Assembly (NCBI GenBank): GCA_963848295.1
Contig: CAWKDB010000010.1
Location: 3,232,001-3,296,000 of the forward strand
Length of the DNA stretch: 64,000 bases
Source of the DNA: an uncultured delta proteobacterium
GTDB taxonomy: Bacteria > Myxococcota_A > Polyangia > Haliangiales > Haliangiaceae
Reading direction: 5' to 3'
Positions 37,646-47,408 of the stretch are shown here, one piece after another; the first letter of the stretch is position 1, and each line of letters starts with the position of its first letter. The position numbers and the translations under genes were made by a program. The notes under the pieces were generated by a model. It worked only from the letters and a program-made list of their open reading frames with translations. It had not been told where the DNA came from and did no database searches.

Positions 37646-38322
37646 TGAGGTCGCAGTCGCTCGAGGCGCTCGCGAAGACCATCGTCGGCTGTCGCGCGTG
37701 CGGCCGGCTCGTCGCGTGCAATCGCGCCGCCGGCAATGACCCACCGAAGCGGTTCGCCGGCGAGCGCTACTGGAGCAAGCCGCTCACCGGCTTCGGTGAT
37801 CCGCGCGCGCGTGTGCTGGTCGTCGGCCTCGCGCCCGCCGCGCACGGCGGCAACCGCACCGGTCGCGTGTTCACCGGCGATCGCTCTGGAGACTGGCTGT
37901 TCGGCGCGTTGTATCGCGCGGGCTATGCGAATCAACCCAGTTCGACCTCGCGCGGCGACGGCTTGCAGCTACGCGACGCGTACGTCTCGGTGGTCGTGCG
38001 CTGTGCGCCGCCCGGCAACAAGCCCACACCGGACGAGCGCGACGCGTGCTTGCCGTTCCTCGTGCGCGAGCTCGCGCTGCTGGCGCGCGTGCGTGCGATC
38101 GTCGCGCTCGGTGCCTTCGCCTGGGACGGTGTGGTGCGTGCGGCCAAGCAGCTCGGCCATGCCGTCCACCCGCGCCCCGCGTTCGGTCACGCCGCCGAGA
38201 CCCGACTCGGCCCGTACGCGGTGATCGGCAGTTATCACGTCAGCCAGCAAAACACGTTCACCGGTCGGCTCACCACACCGATGCTCGATGCCGTCTTCGC
38301 CCGAGCGCGCGAGCTCAGCTAG
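37645..38322 (+). CDS. Uracil-DNA glycosylase, family 5 (UdgB-like, 4Fe-4S)
   Basis: CRAC, GLAPAAHGGNRTGRVFTGDRSG, RCAPPGNKP, YHVSQQNT. Confidence 0.93.
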   Translation: MRSQSLEALAKTIVGCRACGRLVACNRAAGNDPPKRFAGERYWSKPLTGFGDPRARVLVVGLAPAAHGGNRTGRVFTGDRSGDWLFGALYRAGYANQPSSTSRGDGLQLRDAYVSVVVRCAPPGNKPTPDERDACLPFLVRELALLARVRAIVALGAFAWDGVVRAAKQLGHAVHPRPAFGHAAETRLGPYAVIGSYHVSQQNTFTGRLTTPMLDAVFARARELS

Positions 38323-38329
38323 CCGGCGA

Positions 38330-39736
38330 TCACTGGGAGCGAACGATCCCGGTGCCTGCTGTTGGGCTGATCGTCCCGCCGGGCAGCGACGCGCCCGGCG
38401 CGGTGCGAATGAAGATCGCGCCGACGCCGCCCCCGCCCGCGCCCGAGTTGACGTCGCTCGAGTTACCGCCGACCCCGGGCGCGCTCGGTCGCGAGCCCCC
38501 GGCTCCACTCGTCGCCGCACTGCCGCCCGGGGTACCGGGTTGCGCCGGTGTCGCGCCGGCGAAGCCGTTCGCACCCGCGGTGCCCGCAGCCGCGTGATCG
38601 GAGCTGCCGCCGCCGCCACCACCATTCGCGGCGAGCACGCCCGAGATGCTGACGGTGAGCGCTTCGAGCAAGATCCCACCGCCCGATCCGCCTCCGCCGC
38701 CGGCGCCGGCATTCGATGGGTTCGTCGGGCCGGGGCTCCCGCCCGCGCCGCCCGCGTTGATCGTCCCGCTCACCGTGATCTTGCCGAGCGCCGAGATCTG
38801 GAGCGCACCGCCGCCGCCGCCACCGGGCAATGCGGTACCCGCACCGGGTCCGCCACCGCCGCCACCGCTGCCGCCGAGCAACGGCTCGAGGCCGGCGCCA
38901 ACGCACGCGACGCCGGCCGTGCCGCCTGCGAAGTTTTCCATCGACGCGGTCTCGATGCCGCCCGCCGCCCCGGCGCCGCCGTAGCCGCCGCCACCACCGC
39001 CGGTATCCGCGCCGGTCCCCGAATCAGTCGCACCGGTCCCGCCCGCACCACAGCCCGCCGCGGGCGTAGCACCCAGACCGCCGGGACCGGCGCCTGGTCC
39101 TGCGGCCTGCGGATCCTTGCCGTACGCGCCGCCCGAGGCATCGATCGCGCCGGTGACGATGGCGTCGGTCGCGACCAGGAACACCACAGAGTGCGAGCCG
39201 GAGAACTCCACCGTCCCGGACACGGTCAGCGACTTCATCGAGAACTCGGCGAGGGTGTTCGCACCGACCGAGTCCGCGTGTTGGTAGTAGCCGATGCCAT
39301 CGATCACGCCCGTGCCCGCGGCGCGCGTGATGGCGCCCGAGATCTCGCCGGTGTTGACGTCGAACGTGGTGGGGCCGCCGGTGGAACCGCTCGCGATCAC
39401 CACGTCCATCGTCGCGCCATCGAGATCGGTGACCGGGATCCCGTTGCTCGGCATCACCTCGGAGCAGTGCGGCCCGCTCGCGCTGCAGCCGAGCGCGCAC
39501 ATCGTCTGTCCGCTCAGCGAGCACGACTGCGTGCCCGCGCTGCACGTGCACAGATCGAAGGCGTCGATCGCGACGCTGTCGACCGGAGCATCGATTGCCG
39601 GGCCGCGCGAGCACTCGTTCATCACGCACGTCAGCGACGCCGGACAATCGGAGTCCGAGACGCAGGGCGCCCCTTCAGGCGGTACCGCGTGGTAGCAGCC
39701 GAAGGTCGCGCATAGAGCGACCCACACGTATCTCAC
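38330..39736 (-). CDS. Cys-rich, glycine-rich surface lipoprotein
   Basis: Lipobox TFGC, Cys-rich N-terminus, GGSGGG and GGGGGALQI repeats. Confidence 0.78.
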   Translation of the reverse strand: MRYVWVALCATFGCYHAVPPEGAPCVSDSDCPASLTCVMNECSRGPAIDAPVDSVAIDAFDLCTCSAGTQSCSLSGQTMCALGCSASGPHCSEVMPSNGIPVTDLDGATMDVVIASGSTGGPTTFDVNTGEISGAITRAAGTGVIDGIGYYQHADSVGANTLAEFSMKSLTVSGTVEFSGSHSVVFLVATDAIVTGAIDASGGAYGKDPQAAGPGAGPGGLGATPAAGCGAGGTGATDSGTGADTGGGGGGYGGAGAAGGIETASMENFAGGTAGVACVGAGLEPLLGGSGGGGGGPGAGTALPGGGGGGALQISALGKITVSGTINAGGAGGSPGPTNPSNAGAGGGGGSGGGILLEALTVSISGVLAANGGGGGGSSDHAAAGTAGANGFAGATPAQPGTPGGSAATSGAGGSRPSAPGVGGNSSDVNSGAGGGGVGAIFIRTAPGASLPGGTISPTAGTGIVRSQ

Positions 39737-39875
39737 CCTGCGAAGTATCGCAGATCCGTGAGGAACTCGGGAAGCTGCAAAAACCTGCCGCGTTCGGCGC
39801 TCCCGCCATAGAATCGCAGGTATCGGCGCGACCACCGTATATCGACAGCTGGCGGCGGCCTCTCGGCAACGCGGC

Positions 39876-40376
39876 TTGCCTGCCATCGGCTTCGAGCTCG
39901 AGGCTCCGGGCGAGATCGAGGTCACGCCGGTCGCCGAAACCGCGACGGTCGTCCGGTGCTGCGAGCGCGCCGGCGATAAGACGATCGGTGAGCTCGAGGT
40001 CGAGCTGTTCGCCGCCGCGCTGATCATCGATCGCGACGGCATCCTCGCCGAGAAGGCCGGTCGGCTGACCGAGGATTCGGGAGGCTGCGCTCATCCTGCG
40101 GTCGCGGTCGAGCTACCGGGCGTGCGCGGCTTCAGGGCGAGCGCGGAGCGCGGCCGTGAGGTCGAGCTCCCGTATCTCTACGTGCTCGCGATCGCGGGCT
40201 GCGAGGCCGGCAACGGCGGTGTGCTCGTCACGATTCGCTCGGCGCAGCCGACATGGCCGGCGGCCGACTCGATCCTGCGCACGCTGCGCTTGCTCGATCG
40301 CCGCGGCGCGGTCCAGCCGGCGAACGATGGCGAGCTCGCGCTACCGCTCGTCGGGCGGCCCGGAACCGACAGCTGA
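39876..40376 (+). CDS. Hypothetical protein
   Basis: Protein-like composition; start uncertain. Confidence 0.5.
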   Translation: MPAIGFELEAPGEIEVTPVAETATVVRCCERAGDKTIGELEVELFAAALIIDRDGILAEKAGRLTEDSGGCAHPAVAVELPGVRGFRASAERGREVELPYLYVLAIAGCEAGNGGVLVTIRSAQPTWPAADSILRTLRLLDRRGAVQPANDGELALPLVGRPGTDS

Positions 40377-40394
40377 TTCGCGCTAGGGTGCGGC

Positions 40395-41336
40395 ATGCGT
40401 TGGCTCGTGCTCGCGGTCGTGCTCTGCGGCGTTCATAGCGCCAGCGCGGCGCCGGCGCGCGAGTGCTTCGCCGGCACCGAGGTCACGACGACCGGAAGCG
40501 ACATCGATACGACCGAGGTCGTCTACACGCGCGAGCTCGATGTGGCCGCCGCCGAGATCCGTACAGACCTGTGGCGCGCGTTCGATCCCGAGCGCGACGA
40601 CGCGGGGGTCGACAAGCTCGATGTGAAGGCCGCGACCTTCGACTTTGTCGATCCGAGCAGCGGACAACCGGGCCACGGCTCGTTGATCGGACCCGCATGG
40701 CACTGGACATCGTATCACTCCGAAGCGCAGGTCATGCCGACGGTCAGGCTCGTCACCGACGCGAAGCTCGTCGGCGACAGCTGGATCGTCAACGGCACTT
40801 CGGTGGGTGCCGATCCTGCGAGCACCGCTCACGTCGCGATGAAGCAATTCGATTGCGCCGAGCTCGAGCAGCGCCGCAAGGCCCTTGATCAGCTGTCGCC
40901 GAACGCGGTCCATCGCTGCTTCGCGGGCGCGATCAGCTCGTACAAAGGTCAGCAACATACGTGGGGGCCGGCGTTGCTCGAACAGATCGTCGACGACGAC
41001 CGACACGTGATCGAGCTGCGGCTGCGTCAAGGCGCGCGGCCCGCCGATGCGATCACCTGGCTCCATATCGACCACGGTTCGATCACCGTCAACAACGCGA
41101 GCGGCATCCACGGCGGTGGCTCGATCGTCGGCGGCCCGGGCGCGTGGATCGAGTACACGTGGCAGAACCACGGCAACCCGACGCTGCATGCGACGGGAAC
41201 GCTCGGCGGCACGCACGTCAACCAAACCGCGACGCTCGAGCGCGTCGACGGCACGTTCACGATGCTGTTCGACGCCGACGCGTTCGACTGCAAGCAGCTC
41301 GCGGCGCGCAAGGCCGCGCTCGCGCCGATAAAGTGA
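40395..41336 (+). CDS. Secreted hypothetical protein with two tandem Cys-bounded domains
   Basis: Signal peptide; CFAG...FDC occurs twice. Confidence 0.72.
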   Translation: MRWLVLAVVLCGVHSASAAPARECFAGTEVTTTGSDIDTTEVVYTRELDVAAAEIRTDLWRAFDPERDDAGVDKLDVKAATFDFVDPSSGQPGHGSLIGPAWHWTSYHSEAQVMPTVRLVTDAKLVGDSWIVNGTSVGADPASTAHVAMKQFDCAELEQRRKALDQLSPNAVHRCFAGAISSYKGQQHTWGPALLEQIVDDDRHVIELRLRQGARPADAITWLHIDHGSITVNNASGIHGGGSIVGGPGAWIEYTWQNHGNPTLHATGTLGGTHVNQTATLERVDGTFTMLFDADAFDCKQLAARKAALAPIK

Positions 41337-41337
41337 T

Positions 41338-42651
41338 CTACGCGAGCTTCGCGCGCGCGTCGTCGATCGCGGTGCGCGCGGCGATGCGCAGCCGCGCGAG
41401 GATCGCGAGCTCGTCGGAGGTCGCGACGCGATCCGGCTGGCGGCCCCACCACGCGTCGAGCCAGCGCAGCGCGGCGAACGGCGAAGCGAGCGCGACACCG
41501 GCAGCGACGAACGACAGCGGCGGCGGCAACGCGGCGAGCGACAACCACACGAGCCCGGCCGCCCATAACGGATAGACGACGAGTGCGGTGGCTAGCTTGA
41601 TCGTCGACACCGCGTCGGGATCTGCCGTGCGTGCGACCAGCCGCGGGATGAAATACGGAATCGCGTAGAGCGCGAAGCCGGGGATCGCGAGGGGCGCGAG
41701 CGCGACCCGCGACAACCACCGTGACGTCGGCTTCGCCGGGCGAGCGCGCAACTGGGCATCGCGCATCCCCAGCCGAGTCAGCTCGGCATAATACGCGTTG
41801 ACCTTCGCGCGGACCTGCTCGACGAGCTGCGGGGCGAGAGACCGCAGCGTGCGCGACGCGAGCTCGACCCGCCGGCCGATCGCATTCCACGCGGCCAGCC
41901 CGTCGTCGCCGGCATCGCTCGCGATCAGCTCGGCGATGCGAGCGATCAGCAGGCGATCATCGTGGGTCTCGCCCTCGACGAGGAGCTCTCGCAGATCGCG
42001 ATCCATCTGCGTGACGACCGCGTCGACGCGTTGCTCGCCCATGCCCGGCACGTCGTCGAGCCGGCGCACCGGGCCCCACAACACGAGGCAGCGCGAGCGA
42101 AAGTCGTCGCGCGCGTCGAACTCGAGGGCGACGGACTGGAACGTCAGCCCGCGCCCGCCGTGATCGCCGGCCGCGGCGAGCATGCGCGCGGCACCCGAAC
42201 GCAGCGGCGCGAGGTGCGGCTCGCTGTGGCTCGTACCCTCCGGAAAGATCAGGATGTTGCCGCCGCGTGCGAGGTGGGTCGCGATCTTCTCGAACGTCGC
42301 GGCGGTGCTGCTGGCGTCCTTGTCCGGAGTGTCTTTGCGGCGGACGATCGGTACCGCGCCGGCGTTATCGAGCACCCAGCGCAGCCCCGGGATCGACCAC
42401 AGCGTCGACTTCGCGACGGGCGAAATCGCGCAGTCGGTGTCGGTGAGGACGAGGATGGGATCGATCAGGGCATTTTGATGATTCGCGACGAGCACGCGGC
42501 CGCGCGTCGCCGGCGGTGGCGGCTCACCGACGCGCTCGATCTCGCGGAAGTACAGCCGGATGATCGACCGAAATGTCGCGACCAGCGCGCGCCGCAGCGG
42601 CAACCTCGGCAACGGGGCAGGTGGCTCCGCGACCGGCGGCATCGCGTTCAT
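41338..42651 (-). CDS. PlsC-type glycerolipid acyltransferase with C-terminal TMs
   Basis: NHQNALID (HxxxxD), IFPEGTSH. Confidence 0.9.
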   Translation of the reverse strand: MNAMPPVAEPPAPLPRLPLRRALVATFRSIIRLYFREIERVGEPPPPATRGRVLVANHQNALIDPILVLTDTDCAISPVAKSTLWSIPGLRWVLDNAGAVPIVRRKDTPDKDASSTAATFEKIATHLARGGNILIFPEGTSHSEPHLAPLRSGAARMLAAAGDHGGRGLTFQSVALEFDARDDFRSRCLVLWGPVRRLDDVPGMGEQRVDAVVTQMDRDLRELLVEGETHDDRLLIARIAELIASDAGDDGLAAWNAIGRRVELASRTLRSLAPQLVEQVRAKVNAYYAELTRLGMRDAQLRARPAKPTSRWLSRVALAPLAIPGFALYAIPYFIPRLVARTADPDAVSTIKLATALVVYPLWAAGLVWLSLAALPPPLSFVAAGVALASPFAALRWLDAWWGRQPDRVATSDELAILARLRIAARTAIDDARAKLA

Positions 42652-42705
42652 AATCGAATGTTAGCCCAGTTGAGTGGAGCGTGTCCGCCGTGACAATCTC
42701 GCGTC

Positions 42706-43479
42706 GTGGGGCATCCTTCGCGTCAGTCGTCGGTCGAGCTCGCCAGTGTGGCGCCGCTCGTCGTCATCGGCCCCACCACGACCGAGCTGGTCGGCGCTTG
42801 CACGTTGGTGTCGAACGGCGGTCGCACGATCGCGTTCTCGAGCGCGGAGCTGCTGCGCGCCGCGGGTGAGCCTCTGATGATCCTCACGCAACTCGACGGT
42901 AGCGCAGCCATCCCGGTGAGCTCGTGGATGATGGGCCGACACAGCGGGGTCGGTGTGATCGAGCTCGGCGCCGAAGTGCCGCCGGGTGGCGATGTCACGC
43001 CGCTCGCGATCGGTGCGGTGTGCGCGACAATCGACAACCGCGGAGCACCGTCGGCGATCGTCGCGATCGAGCGCGCGGCCAAGGGCTATGCGCGTCGCGT
43101 CGTCCCGGTCTATCTCGATGCGATCGACGGCGGCGGCATGACCGACGAGATCCTGACTCGACTCGCGACGCCGATCGAGGACGGCGACGACGACGTGACG
43201 ATCGACGGCGCGCCGGTGTTCGCTTGGTTTCCACCGGATCCGCTGCTCGGCCGGCCGAGCGAGATCGCGGTCGTCGCGCTCGCGCTGCCGTATCGGATCA
43301 AGACGCACCAGCCACGCGAGCACGTCGCGATCGCCGAGCTGTGGGGGCTCGAGGATCTCGGTCGCGCGCTGCCGTTCGAGATCGACGGCCCCGAGCCGAG
43401 CAACGAGCTCGATCAAGTCGCCGGCGAGATTCGCGACGATCCGACCGGTCCCCTCGCTGGGCTCGATCTCGACGAGTAA
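42706..43479 (+). CDS. Hypothetical protein, possibly inactive trypsin-like fold
   Basis: GACTLV, FSSAELL, GVGVIEL, DGAPVF spaced like trypsin motifs but lacking H/D/S. Confidence 0.5.
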   Translation: MGHPSRQSSVELASVAPLVVIGPTTTELVGACTLVSNGGRTIAFSSAELLRAAGEPLMILTQLDGSAAIPVSSWMMGRHSGVGVIELGAEVPPGGDVTPLAIGAVCATIDNRGAPSAIVAIERAAKGYARRVVPVYLDAIDGGGMTDEILTRLATPIEDGDDDVTIDGAPVFAWFPPDPLLGRPSEIAVVALALPYRIKTHQPREHVAIAELWGLEDLGRALPFEIDGPEPSNELDQVAGEIRDDPTGPLAGLDLDE

Positions 43480-43521
43480 ACTTGCGACCGGTGGCGGTTT
43501 TCCGTCACGATCAGCCCCGGC

Positions 43522-45570
43522 ATGCGCGGGATAACAGTCGTCGTCGGGCTCGGGCTCGGGCTCGGTAGCTCGACGCGGGCCGACTCGCTACCGATCGTCA
43601 CGCTCACCGAGCTCGGGCCGACTCAGGAGATTCCGACCGACCGTTCGTTCTACATCGCCGGCGACATCGCGCCGACGGTGGAGGCCGCGCAGGCGATCGT
43701 CGTACGCAAAGGCTCGCCGAGCATGTTCGGCGACGACGGCCAGAGTTGTCGCAGCGTCCTGCTCGGCTTGCACTTGACGTCGGCCACGACCGCCGACGTC
43801 GCGGACGACGACGACGACGATGACGACGATGACGACGAGGAGACGGTCGAGGTCGACGAAGAGCCGGTCGTTCGTCCGCGGTTCCAGCCGGGATTACACA
43901 CCGCGTTCGAAGTGTTCCCGAACGCCGACAGCGACGTGCGGGATGCCGACGTCCTTGTCTCCGCGCCGTGGCAGCGCGACGGCGACGCGACGCGCTATCA
44001 GGTGCTCGTGCCGCACGATCGCGGCATGTTCTCGACGGGCTACAACTACTGCCTGTTCGTCGTGCTCACCGAGCGCGTGCAGGAGATCGACGACCAACCG
44101 CTCGCCGATCAGATCGACACCATCGCGAAGAACATCGTCGCGTGTGGTGACAAGTCCTCGTGTCAAGACGAGGCGCTCGACGACTTCGAGGCGCGCCTCG
44201 TGCGCATGCTCGGCAGCTCGCGCTCGCTCGCCGCGGGGCCGGCGAACGAAGTGAACACGATCGCGGCGCAGCTCAAGCAAGCCGCGCGCGAATCGCTCGG
44301 GGAAGCGACGGGCATCATCGAAGCGCGCGACCATATCGAAGATCGGTGGGAAGCCGACGTCGGAGTCGCCACGCCGATGGCGCACGCGATGTGGGCCGAC
44401 GTGTCGAGCGATCCGTTCGCGCATGCGGTCGCGACCTTGCTCGCGCGGTCCGGCGCGCTGCTACCGCAGGTGCGCGCCGCGGGGAAGCAGAGCGCGATCT
44501 CGCTGTTCACGCCCGACGGCAAGCTCCGAGTCGGCGCGTTGCAGATCCTCGACGACGGCCGGTCGATTCGCGTCGCCGAATCGCGCGCGCCAGCCGGTGC
44601 CGCTGCGCGGGTCCTGACCGCGACGACCGACACGCTCGTGCTCGCCGACGGCGTGACGCTCTATGATCTGACCCAACTCGGCCGCCGGCACGTTCACGTC
44701 GACAAGGAATGGACGACGCTGAAGGCGCTCGGCGATCGCGTCTCGAGCCTCGGGCTCGCGACCTGGACCGCCGAAGACACCTCCTATCTCGCGGCCGCGA
44801 CCGCGCAGATGAAGCGGCTCGCCGATTATGTCGATCTCGTGACCGCTGACGCGACCTGCGACCCGGGACCGATCGCGTCGACCGAGGACGAAGAGACGCC
44901 GAAGTCGGTGCGTCGCCATCTCGGCCAGTGGCTCGCGTGCCAGCAAGTCGACGGCACGACGATCGACGCGCTCGCGCAACAGCTCGACGAGCTCGTGCAA
45001 CAGGATCAGAGCTGGAAGGCGACGCGCGACAAGCTGGTCGCACGCGCGAAGAAGATCGTGACGGTTACGACGACGACGCCGGCGTCGAGCCACGTCGCGT
45101 TCGAGTCGGCCCCGTGGCTGTTCAGCTACGTCACGCCGATCGTCGGTTACGCGGGCGTGCTCGCACCCGATGCCTCGTTCGGGTTGTTCTATCTCGGCGC
45201 GCAGATCCACCTCGATCCGAATCCGATCGACGACGTGATCTGGCGCGACGGCGTGACGCCGAAGGATCTGCGCCGCGCGCTCGCCCTCGAGCTCGGCGTC
45301 GCGCCGTATGGCGGCTCGTTCGGCCCCGATCATCGCTATAGCGGACCGGGCAGCTTGCCCCCGCTGTTCTTCGGCGTCGCGTTGCACATCGTGCCGTACA
45401 CGTCGCTGACCTTCGGCGGCTCGATCGTCGATCGCAAGCGCAGCACGGTCGCGGCCGAGCAACCGAGCACGATCGTCGCTCCGTACGTCGGCATCACGAT
45501 CCAGCTGAACCTGCCCGACTTGCTGCGCGTCGCGAGTCGTCCGAGCTCGGGCACGGAGGTGACGCCATGA
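43522..45570 (+). CDS. Large secreted hypothetical protein with poly-Asp tract
   Basis: Signal peptide, D11EE tract, helical middle, beta-rich C-terminus. Confidence 0.75.
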   Translation: MRGITVVVGLGLGLGSSTRADSLPIVTLTELGPTQEIPTDRSFYIAGDIAPTVEAAQAIVVRKGSPSMFGDDGQSCRSVLLGLHLTSATTADVADDDDDDDDDDDEETVEVDEEPVVRPRFQPGLHTAFEVFPNADSDVRDADVLVSAPWQRDGDATRYQVLVPHDRGMFSTGYNYCLFVVLTERVQEIDDQPLADQIDTIAKNIVACGDKSSCQDEALDDFEARLVRMLGSSRSLAAGPANEVNTIAAQLKQAARESLGEATGIIEARDHIEDRWEADVGVATPMAHAMWADVSSDPFAHAVATLLARSGALLPQVRAAGKQSAISLFTPDGKLRVGALQILDDGRSIRVAESRAPAGAAARVLTATTDTLVLADGVTLYDLTQLGRRHVHVDKEWTTLKALGDRVSSLGLATWTAEDTSYLAAATAQMKRLADYVDLVTADATCDPGPIASTEDEETPKSVRRHLGQWLACQQVDGTTIDALAQQLDELVQQDQSWKATRDKLVARAKKIVTVTTTTPASSHVAFESAPWLFSYVTPIVGYAGVLAPDASFGLFYLGAQIHLDPNPIDDVIWRDGVTPKDLRRALALELGVAPYGGSFGPDHRYSGPGSLPPLFFGVALHIVPYTSLTFGGSIVDRKRSTVAAEQPSTIVAPYVGITIQLNLPDLLRVASRPSSGTEVTP

Positions 45571-46637
45571 CCCGGACGGTGCTGATCGTCGCCGTGCTCG
45601 CGGCGGGTTGCGACGGCGTCACCACCGCGCCGGAGCCGATCGTTTCGGTGCTCAAGCACACCGCGGATGACTGCTACGCGTTGATGACGCCGAGCTCGCC
45701 GGTCTCGACGACGCTCGGGATCTCCGGCATCTGTACGTACGGCGTGGAGCCGACGCTGCTCGCATCGGTCGATGCGATGGAGATCGTCGTCGATTACGGG
45801 CCCGAGGTGCCGTTCTCCGCGACCGCGCCGGCGCCATCGCCGACGATCGCGGTGACCGTCGACGGCGAGGCCTCCGATGTCGCGATCGAGCTGTCCAACG
45901 AGCAACGGGTCGGCTCGCGCGCGTTCTTCGTGGCAGCGCTGCACACGCCGTCGGTCGCGAGCGAGGACATGCGGATCACCGCCGGCGTCAACGCCGGGTT
46001 CCAGACCGAGGTGCCCGACGTGTTCGCGCTGGTCGAGCCGACGATCGAGCTCGCGCTCGCCGAGTGCGCGCCGGGGAATCCGTGCGTGCTGCAAGGCGCG
46101 ACCGGCGACGCGCACCTCGAGATCACGCTGCCCGGAGATGTCCCGTTGACCGTGAGCGTTCACGCCATGCTCGACGGCGTCGCGCAACCCGATCCGGTGC
46201 CGCCGGTCACGACGACGCCGGTCGCCGACAACAGCGAGACGATCGTCGCGATTCCGGTACCGGCGGCGCACGACGGCGTGCAGTGGCAACTCGCGGCCGA
46301 GCTCCCGGGTGGGCGACCGACCACGCTCCTGGCGAGCATCGTCGCGCCGGGGATCGCCTCGGCGCTGTCGTGCGGCGGCACGTGCAATCTGCATTCGAAC
46401 GACGCGGTCGGCTTGACGATCAGCGCGCCGGAAGGTATCGCTCCGGCGCAGGCGCTCGTGACGACGACGCTCGACGGCGTACCGCAGCTCGTCGCGGCGC
46501 CGGTCGCACTCCAGGCGGGAGCCGTCGGAACCTCGACCGGCGAGCTCGCGCTGATCGCACCGCCGCCCGGGGCTTGGCAGATCGATGTCACGGTCGCCGG
46601 CTATCCGGCGCCATCGATCGTCACGACCGTTCACTGA
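45567..46637 (+). CDS. Lipoprotein with Ig-like beta-sandwich domains
   Basis: Lipobox LAAGC; ATGA overlap with the upstream gene. Confidence 0.72.
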   Translation: MTRTVLIVAVLAAGCDGVTTAPEPIVSVLKHTADDCYALMTPSSPVSTTLGISGICTYGVEPTLLASVDAMEIVVDYGPEVPFSATAPAPSPTIAVTVDGEASDVAIELSNEQRVGSRAFFVAALHTPSVASEDMRITAGVNAGFQTEVPDVFALVEPTIELALAECAPGNPCVLQGATGDAHLEITLPGDVPLTVSVHAMLDGVAQPDPVPPVTTTPVADNSETIVAIPVPAAHDGVQWQLAAELPGGRPTTLLASIVAPGIASALSCGGTCNLHSNDAVGLTISAPEGIAPAQALVTTTLDGVPQLVAAPVALQAGAVGTSTGELALIAPPPGAWQIDVTVAGYPAPSIVTTVH

Positions 46638-46655
46638 TAGTGCTACGAACGGCGC

Positions 46656-47408
46656 GTGAAGGTCGCGACCTGGAACGTCAACGGCATCCGCGCGCGCTCG
46701 TCGCAAGTCGCGCATTGGATCGACGGCGAAGAGCCGGACGTGATCTGTCTGCAAGAGACGAAGGCGTCGCCCGAGCAAGTGCCGGAGCCTCTCGCATCAC
46801 TCGCGGGTTACCACGCGAAGTGGCACGGCAGCGGCGGTTACTCCGGGGTCGCGCTGCTGTTGCGCGAGCGCGCGTTCCCGACACCTCCGGTGTTCGCGCA
46901 TCCGACCTTCGATCGCGAGCATCGTATCGTGACCGCGACGGTCGACCGGCTCGTCCTGGCGTCGGTCTACATCCCGAACGGCGGCAAGGACTATCCGGCG
47001 AAGCTCGAGTTCTTGCGCGAGCTCGACGCGTGGGCCGGAGAGCTCGAGGCCAACGGTCAGCAGCTCGTGCTGTGCGGCGACTTCAATGTCGCACGCACGG
47101 ATCGCGATGTGCACCCGTCGCTGCGCAAGGCGATGATCGGACAGAGCGCCGAGGAGCGTGCGCTGATCGACAAGGTGTTCGCGCACGGGTTGGTCGATGT
47201 CGGTCGGCTCGTCGATCCGGACAACGATCGGCTGTTCACGTGGTGGGCGCCGTGGCGCAACATGAAGCAGCGCAACATCGGTTGGCGGCTCGATTACATC
47301 GCGGCGCACCATGCGCTCGTCGACCCGGCCGCGACGTGCAAGGTGTATCGCGACGTCGGCGCGAGCGATCACGCGCCCGTGATCGCGCACATCAGAGGGC
47401 CGACGTGA
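46656..47408 (+). CDS. xth: Exodeoxyribonuclease III
   Basis: TWNVNGIRAR, LQETK, GYSGVA, YIPNG, GDFNVA, GWRLDY, SDHAP. Confidence 0.95.
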   Translation: MKVATWNVNGIRARSSQVAHWIDGEEPDVICLQETKASPEQVPEPLASLAGYHAKWHGSGGYSGVALLLRERAFPTPPVFAHPTFDREHRIVTATVDRLVLASVYIPNGGKDYPAKLEFLRELDAWAGELEANGQQLVLCGDFNVARTDRDVHPSLRKAMIGQSAEERALIDKVFAHGLVDVGRLVDPDNDRLFTWWAPWRNMKQRNIGWRLDYIAAHHALVDPAATCKVYRDVGASDHAPVIAHIRGPT

